Origin: an uncultured Actinomycetes bacterium
Lineage (GTDB): Bacteria; Actinomycetota; Acidimicrobiia; IMCC26256; PALSA-555
DNA: 64,000 nt
Direction of reading: 5' to 3'
Assembly (NCBI GenBank): GCA_903899845.1
Contig: CAIUKV010000251.1
Location: 5,970 to 69,969, forward strand
The notes beneath the pieces were generated by a model. It had not been told where the DNA came from, did no database searches, and saw nothing but the letters and a program-made list of their open reading frames with translations. Shown one piece after another: positions 29,853 to 38,471 of the stretch (position 1 is the first letter of the stretch; every line of letters begins with the position of its first letter). The position numbers were made by a program, and so were the translations under genes.

Positions 29853-30632
29853 GTGGCCAAGGGTCCCACCCGGGAATGGGTGACGTTCGACGACCCCGAG
29901 GAGGAGGGGCGCGTCTGGCAGATCGACGTCACCTTCCTGTGCTCGTCGTGGGACTGCATCTTCGGGGCGGGCTGCCAGGGGGTCTTCACCGCCCCGGCGC
30001 CCGAGCGGGAGCAGGGTTGCTGCTCCTACGGGGCGCACTTCTCCGACAAGGCCGACCGCGACCGGGTCGTGCGCCTGGCCAAGGACCTCCCCGACGACCT
30101 CTGGCAGTACGCCCGGATCGGCCGCAAGAAGGGCGTCACGGCCAAGGTGGGCAGCGACGACGGCGAGCCGGAGTGGCGCACCCGTCTGGTGGACGACGCC
30201 TGCATCTTCCTCAACCGCCCGGGCTGGGCGAGCGGTGCGGGCTGCGCGCTCCACCAGTGGGGGATGCGCACCGGCACCCACCACAGCGTCCTCAAGCCCG
30301 AGGTCTGCTGGCAGCTGCCGCTGCGGCGCATCGACGAGGAGCAGGACGACGGCACCGTCGTCTCCCGGCTCACGGAGTTCGGCCGCGAGGGGTGGGGCGA
30401 GGGCGGCGACGACTTCGCCTGGTGGTGCACCGAGGCGCCCGAGGCGTTCGTGAACGCCCGCCCCGTGTACCGGTCGCTCGAGTCCGAGCTGCGGATCATG
30501 CTCGGGGACCGGCTCTACCGCCGGGTCGCCCGGTACCTCGACGAGCGCATCGCGGCGCGCCCCGCGCCCGTCGTGCATCCGGCGGAGGTCCGTCTGCTCG
30601 CGAAGCGGCCGGACCGGCGGACGCGCCGCTGA
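29853..30632 (+). CDS. Conserved cysteine-rich hypothetical protein
   Basis: GTG 29853, 5 nt after GAGGAG. VTFLCSSWDCIFGAGCQG...GCCSYGAHF...DACIFLN...GCALH...VCWQLP. I do not recognise the family confidently. Confidence 0.65.
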   Translation: MAKGPTREWVTFDDPEEEGRVWQIDVTFLCSSWDCIFGAGCQGVFTAPAPEREQGCCSYGAHFSDKADRDRVVRLAKDLPDDLWQYARIGRKKGVTAKVGSDDGEPEWRTRLVDDACIFLNRPGWASGAGCALHQWGMRTGTHHSVLKPEVCWQLPLRRIDEEQDDGTVVSRLTEFGREGWGEGGDDFAWWCTEAPEAFVNARPVYRSLESELRIMLGDRLYRRVARYLDERIAARPAPVVHPAEVRLLAKRPDRRTRR

Positions 30633-30663
30633 CCGGACCGGGGGCGGGCGCGGCGTTCGGTCC

Positions 30664-31461
30664 TCAGACCAGCGAGAGACCGCCGTCGAGCCGGTAGACC
30701 TCGCCGGTGATCCACGCCGCGGCGTCGGACGCGAGGAACCGGGCCAGGGCGGCCACGTCGTCGGGGCGGCCGATGCGCCCGAGGGGATGGCGCCGGTCGA
30801 TGCCTGCCTCGTCGGGCTCCCAGAGCGCCCGGGCGAACTCGGTCCTGACCAGGCCCGGGGCGATCGCGTTGACCCGGACCCCCGGCGCGAGCTCGAGCGC
30901 GAGCTGGCGGGTGAGGTGGATCAACGCGGCCTTCGACACGTTGTAGGTGCCGATGAACGGCGCCGGGTCCAGGCCCCCGACCGAGGCGATGTTCAGGATG
31001 ACGCCGCCGTGGTCGCGCATCCACGCGCCCCACGCCGCCTGGGCGAGGGCCAGCGGCCCCTCGAGGTTCACCGCCAGGATCTTGCGCACGGCCCGGGCCT
31101 CGACCTCGATCGTCGGGCCGAACGCGGGGTTGGTCGCGGCGTTGTTGACCAGGACGTCGAGCCGACCGAGCTCGCCCACGGTGCGGGCGACCGCGGTGGC
31201 GACGACGTCGGGATCGTCGACCGAGCCGGCCACGGTGACGACGGGTGCCCCGAGGGCCAGGAGGGCGGCCTCGGTCTCGGCGAGCTCGTCGGCCTTGCGG
31301 GCGAGCACCGCCACCGCGGCCCCGGCCCGGGCGTAGGTCTCGGCGATCGCCCGCCCGATCCCCCGGGTCCCCCCGGTGACGAGCGCGACGCGGCCGTCGA
31401 GGCGCTCCGCCCGGGCGGGCGCCCCGCGCTCCGGCGGATCGGCAGCGGCTCGATCGGGCAC
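30664..31461 (-). CDS. SDR-family oxidoreductase
   Basis: GTG 31459-31461. VALVTGGTRGIGRAIA...NNAA...YNVSKAAL. Confidence 0.85.
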   Translation of the reverse strand: MPDRAAADPPERGAPARAERLDGRVALVTGGTRGIGRAIAETYARAGAAVAVLARKADELAETEAALLALGAPVVTVAGSVDDPDVVATAVARTVGELGRLDVLVNNAATNPAFGPTIEVEARAVRKILAVNLEGPLALAQAAWGAWMRDHGGVILNIASVGGLDPAPFIGTYNVSKAALIHLTRQLALELAPGVRVNAIAPGLVRTEFARALWEPDEAGIDRRHPLGRIGRPDDVAALARFLASDAAAWITGEVYRLDGGLSLV

Positions 31462-31496
31462 GGTCGGTGCGGTCTCCAGCGCCTGCGTCGGAGGGG

Positions 31497-31826
31497 TCAG
31501 AGGTAGAGGCCGGAGTGCCCGTCGGTGCGGGTCGAGGCCACCGCGTGGACGTCGCGCTCGCGCAGGATGAGGTACTCCTCGCCCCGGATCTCCACCTCGT
31601 AGCCGGTGTCGGGGGCGAACAGCACCTGGTCGGCCTCCTCGACGTTGCGCACGGTGGGCCCCGCCGACACGACCTCGGCCCAGACCAGGCGCCGGTTCAC
31701 GTTGGCGGTCGCCGGGATGAGGATGCCGGCCCGGGACTTCCGCTCGCCCGCCTCGGTCGACGGGCGCACGAGGATCCGGTCGGCGGTCATCCGGATCGAC
31801 TGCTTGACGTCGGGATCGGCGGCCAC
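31497..31826 (-). CDS. Divergent GroES/Cpn10-family protein with a C-terminal tail ending in GLYL
   Basis: MTADRILVRPSTEAGERKSRAGILIPATA...EVVSAGP...QVLFAP..GYEVEIRGEEYLILRERDVHAV fits the GroES pattern. Extra tail ASTRTDGHSGLYL. -10-like TAACCT (31833-31838) lies 6 nt upstream of GTG 31826. Confidence 0.7.
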   Translation of the reverse strand: MAADPDVKQSIRMTADRILVRPSTEAGERKSRAGILIPATANVNRRLVWAEVVSAGPTVRNVEEADQVLFAPDTGYEVEIRGEEYLILRERDVHAVASTRTDGHSGLYL

Positions 31827-31944
31827 GCCGGGAGGTTACCCCGGTCGTCCCCGGCTCCTTCCCCGGGGCGTCGCTGCCGCTTCCCGGGCTCCGGGACCCG
31901 ACGGCTACCCTCGCCGCGTCCCGCCGTCCGCGTCCTGGAGCGCC

Positions 31945-32865
31945 GTGTCCGAGGTCCTCCCCCGCTCGCACACTGCGCCGGAGCCTCGCCCGCGGATCCG
32001 CGACGTCGTGCGGGCCTACGTGGCGCTCACGAAGCCCCGGGTGGTCGAGCTGCTCCTCGTCACCACGGTCCCGGCCATGATCCTGGCCGAGGAGGGCCTC
32101 CCCGACCTCGGGCTGATCCTTGCCGTGCTCCTCGGCGGGGCCCTGGCCGCCGGGGGCGCCAACACCATCAACTGCTGGGTGGAGCGCGACCGCGACCAGC
32201 TGATGCGCCGGACCCGCAACCGACCCCTGGCCACGGGCACGATCGCGCCGGGGCGTGCCCTCGGGTTCGGGATCCTCCTCAACGTGGTCGCCTTCGCCGT
32301 CCTGTGGGCGTCGGCCAACCTGCTCGCCGCGGCGCTCACGCTCAGCGCCACGCTGTTCTACGTGTTCGTGTACACGATCTGGCTCAAGCCCCGGAGCCCC
32401 CAGAACATCGTGATCGGCGGCGCGGCGGGCGCCGTGCCCGTGCTGGTCGGGTGGGCCGCGGTCACCGGCACGCTGGCCGCGCCGGCCTGGGTGCTCTTCG
32501 CTCTCGTCTTCGTCTGGACCCCGCCGCACTTCTGGGCCCTCGCCCTGCGCTACCGCGACGACTACGCCGCCGCGGGCATCCCGATGCTCCCGGTGGTCAA
32601 GGGGGAGGCGGCCACCGCCCGGCAGATCTTCGCCTACTCGTGGGTGGTCGTGCTCGTCAGCTTCACCCTCGGTCTCACCACGACCGTCGGGCCCGTCTAC
32701 CTGGTGGCGGCCGCCGTGCTCGGGTGCGCGTTCATCGCCGGCGCGGCCCAGCTGCTGCGCTCGCCCGAGCCGGTCCGGGCCATCCGGTACTTCGGCTACT
32801 CGAACGTGTATCTGGCCGCGCTGTTCGTCGCCGTCGCCGTCGACACGCTCGTCCGCAACGCCTGA
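31945..32865 (+). CDS. ctaB: Protoheme IX farnesyltransferase (heme O synthase)
   Basis: GTG 31945 after GGAG. YVALTKPRVVELLL...NCWVERDRDQLMRRTRNRPLATG...TPPHFWALA. Confidence 0.92.
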   Translation: MSEVLPRSHTAPEPRPRIRDVVRAYVALTKPRVVELLLVTTVPAMILAEEGLPDLGLILAVLLGGALAAGGANTINCWVERDRDQLMRRTRNRPLATGTIAPGRALGFGILLNVVAFAVLWASANLLAAALTLSATLFYVFVYTIWLKPRSPQNIVIGGAAGAVPVLVGWAAVTGTLAAPAWVLFALVFVWTPPHFWALALRYRDDYAAAGIPMLPVVKGEAATARQIFAYSWVVVLVSFTLGLTTTVGPVYLVAAAVLGCAFIAGAAQLLRSPEPVRAIRYFGYSNVYLAALFVAVAVDTLVRNA

Positions 32866-32872
32866 GGCCCGG

Positions 32873-33400
32873 GTGCGTCGGGTCGGACGCCGCGCCGTGG
32901 TGGCACTCGCCCTGGTCGCCCCCGGCCTGCTGGGCCCCCCGGCCGCCGGGGCCACCCCGGTCGTGGACCCCGGGCCCGCCGAGGTCGGTGCGCCGGCGCC
33001 GACGTTCCGGCTCCCCGGTCTGCGGTCCGGGACGGTGGCCCTGCCGTCGGGGCGCCCGGCCGTCGTGAACTTCTGGGCGTCGTGGTGCAACCCGTGCCGC
33101 AAGGAGTTCCCGCTGCTCGCCCGGGCTCAGCGCCGCTACGCCGCCGCCGGCCTCGAGGTGATCGGGGTGTCGTACCGCGACATCGCCGACGACGCCCGCC
33201 GCTACGTGGCCGAGCGCGAGGCCGACTGGCGCTTCGCCCGGGACCCCGACGGTCGCCTGGCCGCCGCGTACGGCGTACGCGGGGTTCCCCAGACGTTCTT
33301 CGTGGCCGCCGACGGCACGCTGGTGTCACGGGCGTTCGGGATCACGACGTGGGCCGACCTGCGGGCCGAGGTGGCGAAGATCGTGCCCCGCGGCGCCTGA
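32873..33400 (+). CDS. TlpA/ResA-like secreted thiol:disulfide oxidoreductase
   Basis: Signal peptide. VVNFWASWCNPCRKEFP is a CxxC motif. Confidence 0.8.
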   Translation: MRRVGRRAVVALALVAPGLLGPPAAGATPVVDPGPAEVGAPAPTFRLPGLRSGTVALPSGRPAVVNFWASWCNPCRKEFPLLARAQRRYAAAGLEVIGVSYRDIADDARRYVAEREADWRFARDPDGRLAAAYGVRGVPQTFFVAADGTLVSRAFGITTWADLRAEVAKIVPRGA

Positions 33401-33405
33401 GTCGT

Positions 33406-33442
33406 CCCGGGTCGCGCCGCCCGGGTCGCGCCGCCCGGGTCA
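33406..33442. repeat. 2.6 tandem copies of a 14-nt unit (cccgggtcgcgccg) between convergent genes; hairpin-capable
   Basis: cccgggtcgcgccg cccgggtcgcgccg cccgggtca. cccggg is self-complementary. The last copy contains the permease stop codon. Confidence 0.55.
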
Positions 33443-34165
33443 TTCCTCCCAGCGGAAGGCCCGGGCCGCGAGGACCGGTGCGCCCACGGCCCACAGCGCG
33501 AGCACGACGACGCTCCACGTCGGGACGGCCACGCCCGGGGTGCACGCCGCCCGCACGCTCTCCGAGAGCGCGGCGGCCGGCAGCACCTGGGCGACGTCGC
33601 GCAGGATCCGGGGCAGGTCCTCGAGCGGATAGGCCATCCCGCCGAGGAACAGCAGCACGAGGAAGCAGCCGTTGGCCAGTGCAAGGGTCGCCTCGGCCCG
33701 CAGGGTGCCCGCCATCAGCAGCCCGATGCCGGCGAACGCGACCGTGCCGAGCAGGAGGAACACCACCGCCAGCACCAGCCCACCGGTGGCCCGCCAGCCG
33801 AGGAGGACCCCGGTCGCCACGACCACGACGGCCTGGAGCACCTCGATCGCGAGCACGTTGACCGTCTTGGCCGCGAGCAGGCCGCCGCGCGACAAGGGGG
33901 TCGAGCCCAGCCGCTTGAGGACCCCGTAGCGGCGCTCGTAGCCGGTGGCGATCGCGAGGCTGACCATGGCCGTCGACATGACCGCGAGCGCCAGCACCCC
34001 GGGGACGAGAAACGCGACCGGGTCGTCGAGGTCGGTGCTCACCGGGGCGACCTCGGCGAAGAACACCAGGATCCCGATGGGGATCGCGAACGACACCAGC
34101 AGGCTCTCGCCCCGCCGGAGCGTCAGCGCCAGCTCGGCGCGCGACTGGGCCAGGACGGCCCTCAC
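33440..34165 (-). CDS. ABC-2 type transporter permease
   Basis: GTG 34163-34165 (GTGA overlap with the ATPase). Six hydrophobic segments. Confidence 0.8.
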   Translation of the reverse strand: MRAVLAQSRAELALTLRRGESLLVSFAIPIGILVFFAEVAPVSTDLDDPVAFLVPGVLALAVMSTAMVSLAIATGYERRYGVLKRLGSTPLSRGGLLAAKTVNVLAIEVLQAVVVVATGVLLGWRATGGLVLAVVFLLLGTVAFAGIGLLMAGTLRAEATLALANGCFLVLLFLGGMAYPLEDLPRILRDVAQVLPAAALSESVRAACTPGVAVPTWSVVVLALWAVGAPVLAARAFRWEE

Positions 34166-35106
34166 GGGCCCGGCACCCCGGTGGGGGCGTCGTCGCCGGT
34201 GAGCCGGAGGAAGACCTCCTCCAGCGAGCGACGACCGGTGTGCAGCACGTCGATGCGGTGACCCCGGTCCCGCATCCACGCGGCCAGGTCGGCGACGAGG
34301 TCGGGGGTGCCCGGCGCGGCCACGACGTACTCGCCGGGTCGGCGCTCGCGGACCCGTTCGCTCCCGAGGCCGAGCGCGCCGGCGAGGGCGGCGACGTCGA
34401 TCCCGGGCTCGCTCACGAGCTCGACCTCGTCGCGGGCGAGCGACCGGGTGAGCTCGGTGGGCCGACCCGAGGCGACCACCCGGCCGTGGTCGATGATGGC
34501 GACGCGGTCGCAGAGGTGCTCGGCCTCGTCCATCGCGTGGGTGGTGAGCATGACGGTGACCTCGCGCTCGGCGAGATCGCGCACCAGGCGCCAGGTCGTG
34601 GCGCGGGCGTGCGGGTCCATCCCGGCGGTGGGCTCGTCGAGGAAGACGACCTGGGGCCGTCCGATCAGCGCCGCGGCGAGCGAGAGGCGCTGGCGCTGGC
34701 CGCCCGAGAGCCGGCGGACCATGGTCCGGGCCGCGTCCTCGAGCCCGACCCGGGCGAGCAGGGCCATCGGGTCGTCGGGTTCGGCGTAGTAGGCCGCGAA
34801 GAGGCGCAGCACCTCACGGGCGGTGAGGCCCGGGTAGAGGCCGCCCTCCTGCAGCATCACCCCGATGCGGGGTCGCAGCCGGGCGCCGTCGCGCACCGGG
34901 TCGAGCCCGAGCACCCGCACGACGCCCGCGTCGGGCTCCCGGTACCCCTCGAGGATCTCGACCGTCGTCGTCTTGCCCGCGCCGTTCGGGCCGAGGAGGC
35001 CGAACACCTCGCCCGGCGCGACCGACAGCGTGAGCCCGTCGAGGGCGCGCCGGTCGCCGTACTGCTTCACCAGGTCCGCGACAGCGATGGCAGGGGTCGC
35101 GGACAT
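34162..35106 (-). CDS. ABC transporter ATP-binding protein
   Basis: GLLGPNGAGKTT, LSGGQRQRL, VVFLDEPTAGMD. Confidence 0.9.
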   Translation of the reverse strand: MSATPAIAVADLVKQYGDRRALDGLTLSVAPGEVFGLLGPNGAGKTTTVEILEGYREPDAGVVRVLGLDPVRDGARLRPRIGVMLQEGGLYPGLTAREVLRLFAAYYAEPDDPMALLARVGLEDAARTMVRRLSGGQRQRLSLAAALIGRPQVVFLDEPTAGMDPHARATTWRLVRDLAEREVTVMLTTHAMDEAEHLCDRVAIIDHGRVVASGRPTELTRSLARDEVELVSEPGIDVAALAGALGLGSERVRERRPGEYVVAAPGTPDLVADLAAWMRDRGHRIDVLHTGRRSLEEVFLRLTGDDAPTGVPGP

Positions 35107-35186
35107 CCGCGGCGGAGGTTACCGGAGCGGGGCGCCCGCGCCCCTCACGCACGAGCGCCCCGGCGGGACCGGGGTGGGCGGGTCGG

Positions 35187-35192
35187 TACGAT
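35187..35192 (+). promoter_or_regulatory. -10-like TACGAT, 6 nt upstream of GTG 35199 (leaderless candidate)
   Basis: cggTACGATccgacgGTG. Confidence 0.4.
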
Positions 35193-35198
35193 CCGACG

Positions 35199-35585
35199 GT
35201 GTCCCCCACCGCCCCGGAGTTCCTCGGCCCCGACTGGGTGGCCGTGCTCGACGCCGCCGTGCGGGAGGCCGCCGACCTGGCCGACGCCGCCGATCCCCCG
35301 GTCGTGATCGAGCAGCGGGTGGTGATCGACGACGGCGAGGTCGCCTACCACCTGGTCCTCGGCCCCGGCCCGGCCCGGGTCCGCGCCGGGCGGGCGGCCG
35401 CCGCCGACCTCACCATGATCACGACGGTCGACGCCGCCCGGCGGATCCACGCCGGCACGGCCAACGCCCAGCAGTGCCTGGCCGACGGCACGCTGCGGCT
35501 CCGGGGCAATCCCGACGTGCTGACCCGCCGGGCCGCGGCGCTCTCCCGGGTGGGTGCCCTGCTCGGTGCGCCCGGGTCCGGGTGA
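35199..35585 (+). CDS. SCP2/sterol-carrier-like domain protein
   Basis: 128 aa. ...MITTVDAARRIHAGTANAQQCLADGTLRLRGNPDVL resembles an SCP2 C-terminal pattern. Confidence 0.6.
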   Translation: MSPTAPEFLGPDWVAVLDAAVREAADLADAADPPVVIEQRVVIDDGEVAYHLVLGPGPARVRAGRAAAADLTMITTVDAARRIHAGTANAQQCLADGTLRLRGNPDVLTRRAAALSRVGALLGAPGSG

Positions 35586-36376
35586 GGCCGGTGCTGCCGT
35601 TCGAGCGCCTGCGGGCCCTGGCCCGGTACTCCGGTGACGACCGGGGCCTGGTCGAGGAGGTGGCCGAGTGTCTCGCCCGCTTCGACGCCGACCCGGTGCA
35701 GCTGGTCCTGGTCTGCCGGCGCCTGCTCGCCCACCATCCGACCAACGGGCCGCTGTGGTGGCTCTGCGCGCACGTGGTGGGTGCCGGCGATCCCGCCGCT
35801 GCCGTGCGGGCGGCCACGCGCACGGTCGCGCGAGACCGGACGGTGGACCGCCTCGTCGCCGTGCTGCCGTTCCCCCACGACGAGCCGATCGCGGTGCTGG
35901 GCTGGCCGGAGGCGACCGGGGCCGCGCTCGGCGCGCGTCCCGATCTCGACGTGGTGGTCGTGCGCCCCGAACGGCCCGACGTCGGGCTGCGGTCGCGGCT
36001 CGCCGCGGCCGACCGGGCCGTGCGCATGGTGTCGGCGACCGAGGCGATGGCCAGTGGGGCGACGCACCTGCTGGTCGAGGTCCTCGCGACCAGTCCGACC
36101 ACCGCCCTGGTCCCGGCCGGGGTCGCCGACCTGCGCGCCGAGCTCCCCGACGCCGAGTGGTGGCTGGTGGCGCCGGTGGACCGCATCCTGCCCGAGCGGC
36201 TGCTCACCACGATGCAGGGCGCCGCGACCGATCCGGTCGAGGGACCGGGGACCGGGGTCGAGCCGCTGGCCCTGGCCGAGGTGGCCCGGATCGCCGGCCC
36301 CGGGGGGCTCGACTCACCCGAGCGGTTCCCCCGGCGGCTCGACTGCCCCGCCGCGCCCGAGCTGCAGCGACTCTGA
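35582..36376 (+). CDS. Hypothetical protein
   Basis: GTG 35582 (GTGA overlap). 264 aa. No family recognised confidently. Confidence 0.5.
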   Translation: MRPVLPFERLRALARYSGDDRGLVEEVAECLARFDADPVQLVLVCRRLLAHHPTNGPLWWLCAHVVGAGDPAAAVRAATRTVARDRTVDRLVAVLPFPHDEPIAVLGWPEATGAALGARPDLDVVVVRPERPDVGLRSRLAAADRAVRMVSATEAMASGATHLLVEVLATSPTTALVPAGVADLRAELPDAEWWLVAPVDRILPERLLTTMQGAATDPVEGPGTGVEPLALAEVARIAGPGGLDSPERFPRRLDCPAAPELQRL

Positions 36377-36781
36377 GCGCTCGCGCGACGTGACCGGCAG
36401 CGCGTCGCTCCCGACGCGCCGGGACCGGGCGGCGGCGGTCCAGCGCCGGATCAGGAGCGTGCGCACGAGGTCGCGTCCGGCCGGGATCAGCAGGGCGAGC
36501 CCGCAGACGGCGGTGACGAACCCCGGGACGAGGACGAGCACGGCGGCCACCGTGACGAGCAGCCCGTCGACCACGGCCCGGCCCGGGATGCGCCCGGCGG
36601 CCACGGTGGCCCGGCCCTCGCGCCACACGGCGGTGCCCTGGCGCTTCACCAGCCAGCACCCGAGCAGCGACAGCGCCGCGAGCAGGAGCGCCGCCTCGAG
36701 CACGCCGATCCACTGCGCGACCTGCACGAACACGGCCAGCTCGAGGATCGGCACCAGCACCAGGAGCGCGACCACGACCAC
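36314..36781 (-). CDS. fxsA: FxsA-family membrane protein
   Basis: GTG 36779-36781 gives VVVVALLVLVPILELAVFVQVAQWIGVLEAALL..LLGCWLVKRQG. The 3' end overlaps the convergent gene by 63 nt. Confidence 0.62.
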   Translation of the reverse strand: MVVVALLVLVPILELAVFVQVAQWIGVLEAALLLAALSLLGCWLVKRQGTAVWREGRATVAAGRIPGRAVVDGLLVTVAAVLVLVPGFVTAVCGLALLIPAGRDLVRTLLIRRWTAAARSRRVGSDALPVTSRERSESLQLGRGGAVEPPGEPLG

Positions 36782-36837
36782 GGGCCGAGGGTACCGGCGG
36801 CCCCACCGCCTCGGGACGCGCGTGGTGGGAGCGGGCG

Positions 36838-38388
36838 TCAGGGATCGCTCAGCGCGTACATGTACCCGCCGCGGGTCCCGACGTAGACGCGGCCCTTCCA
36901 CACCGCGGGGGTCGACTCGATGCAGCCCCCGAGCCGGACCGACCACAGCTCGGGCGGCGACACCGTCGGGTTGCGGACGTCGAACGCCCGCAGCGTGCCC
37001 GAGCAGTCACCCTGGAGCCAGATCCCGTCGACGACGACCGGCGACCCCATGAGCGGGCCGGGCAGCCGCTTCTCCCAGCGGATCTCCCCGGTCCTGCGGT
37101 CCACGGCCACCGCCCGGCCGCTGTACGTGGTGAACAGGGCGACCTCCCCGACCAGCGCCGCGCTGGAGTACACGCCGGCCTGGGCGATCGACGCGTCGGC
37201 GTGCGACCACACCAGCGGGTCGGGCCGGCTGGGGTCCAGCTTGAACAGCTGGCCGACCTGCTTGGACCGGTCCGTGTAGCGCTCCCACTCCGCCCCGAGG
37301 TACAGCATCCCGTCCTCGTCGACCGCGATGGTCCCGTCGGTGTCGTCGCCGGCCCAGAAGCGGAAGGTGCGGGTCGGCGGTCCGGTCCCGGTGCGCACCG
37401 GACCGATGTCCCAGCCCTGCACGAGGCCGCCCGAGTTGGCGAAGTACATCGTGTCGCCCGAGATCGCGACCGAGCCCTCGATCGACAGGCTCGGGCCCCA
37501 GGCCCGCAGCTGCTCGTCGTCCCAGCCCGGCTCGTCGAACACGACCTGGGGCGCGAGCGTCACCCGCCCGTCGGGTCCGTACCCGCGGTTGAGCTTGACG
37601 ACGTAGAAGCGACTGTTCTCCCCGCCCTCGAACAGGTGGTCGTCGAGCACCAGCGCGGTGCTGTCCCAGTCGTCGTTCCAGTAGGTCCGGGAACCGCCGT
37701 ACGCCCAGAGGCGCCACAGCTCGCGGGGCTCGGGAGCGTCGATCGCGATGGCCCGGAAGTAGTCGTCGCGCGAGCCCGTGTAGACGATCGGGTAGCCGTC
37801 GGGGTCGATCGTCACCGACCCCTTGATGATGTCGCCGGTCGGGAACGGGGGCAGGATGTCCTCGCCGGTGACCGCGTCCACGAAGTGGACGGCCCGGTCG
37901 TAGGCCCCGAAGACGAGCCAGGTCCGCCCGCCCCGCTCGAACACCGCGGGCTGCCCGGTCCAGCCGGTGCCGCACCACACCGACGTCTCCGGCCCGTCGA
38001 CCGACTCCGCGCACATGCCCTGCCCCGGGATGCGCCACTGGACCCGGGGCGCCGTGGGCACCGGCCCGGCGCCGTACCAGGTGCGGGTCGGGTTGCCCCG
38101 GAAGGTGAGCAGTCCGGCCACCGTCGCTCCGGGGTAGGGCGCCCCCACCGACCGGGGGTCGACCCAGCCGGGGTAGGTCGTGGTGGTGGTCGTCGGCACC
38201 GTGGTGGCGGGGGGCACGGTCGTCCCCGGGACCGGGGCGGGGCCGCCCGCGGTGGCCCGCCCATCCCCGCCGGCGAGCACCAGGACGGCCGCCGTGCCCC
38301 CGCCGAGGACCACCAGCGCGACCGCGACCGCTCCGATGACGATGCGGCGGGTCCGGCGGCGCCGGCGGCGGTCGGAGCGACGGGCCAC
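36838..38388 (-). CDS. Membrane-anchored PQQ-like/BamB-like beta-propeller repeat protein
   Basis: N-terminal Arg-rich segment plus TM helix, a Thr/Pro linker, and repeated propeller blades (...AVDRRTGEIRWEK...). -10-like TACGGT (38395-38400) lies 6 nt upstream of the GTG. Confidence 0.75.
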   Translation of the reverse strand: MARRSDRRRRRRTRRIVIGAVAVALVVLGGGTAAVLVLAGGDGRATAGGPAPVPGTTVPPATTVPTTTTTTYPGWVDPRSVGAPYPGATVAGLLTFRGNPTRTWYGAGPVPTAPRVQWRIPGQGMCAESVDGPETSVWCGTGWTGQPAVFERGGRTWLVFGAYDRAVHFVDAVTGEDILPPFPTGDIIKGSVTIDPDGYPIVYTGSRDDYFRAIAIDAPEPRELWRLWAYGGSRTYWNDDWDSTALVLDDHLFEGGENSRFYVVKLNRGYGPDGRVTLAPQVVFDEPGWDDEQLRAWGPSLSIEGSVAISGDTMYFANSGGLVQGWDIGPVRTGTGPPTRTFRFWAGDDTDGTIAVDEDGMLYLGAEWERYTDRSKQVGQLFKLDPSRPDPLVWSHADASIAQAGVYSSAALVGEVALFTTYSGRAVAVDRRTGEIRWEKRLPGPLMGSPVVVDGIWLQGDCSGTLRAFDVRNPTVSPPELWSVRLGGCIESTPAVWKGRVYVGTRGGYMYALSDP

Positions 38389-38471
38389 GTCCGGACCGTA
38401 TCCCAGCGCCCGACCCGCCCGGCACCGGGCGCGCGTGCCGGTACCGTCGGGGTCCCGGACGACCTCTGGAG

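Noticed and set aside
36314-36376. 63-nt convergent overlap between the FxsA-like gene and the 35582..36376 hypothetical gene, considered as a sign of a mis-called gene.
   Set aside because: Both frames show GC3 bias up to their stops, and the FxsA N-terminal motif is convincing. I kept both genes but lowered their confidence.
38419-38441. 7-bp inverted repeat ccggcac-N9-gtgccgg upstream of the formate dehydrogenase operon, considered as a regulator site.
   Set aside because: A single short GC-rich inverted repeat cannot be told apart from background in this composition without comparative data.
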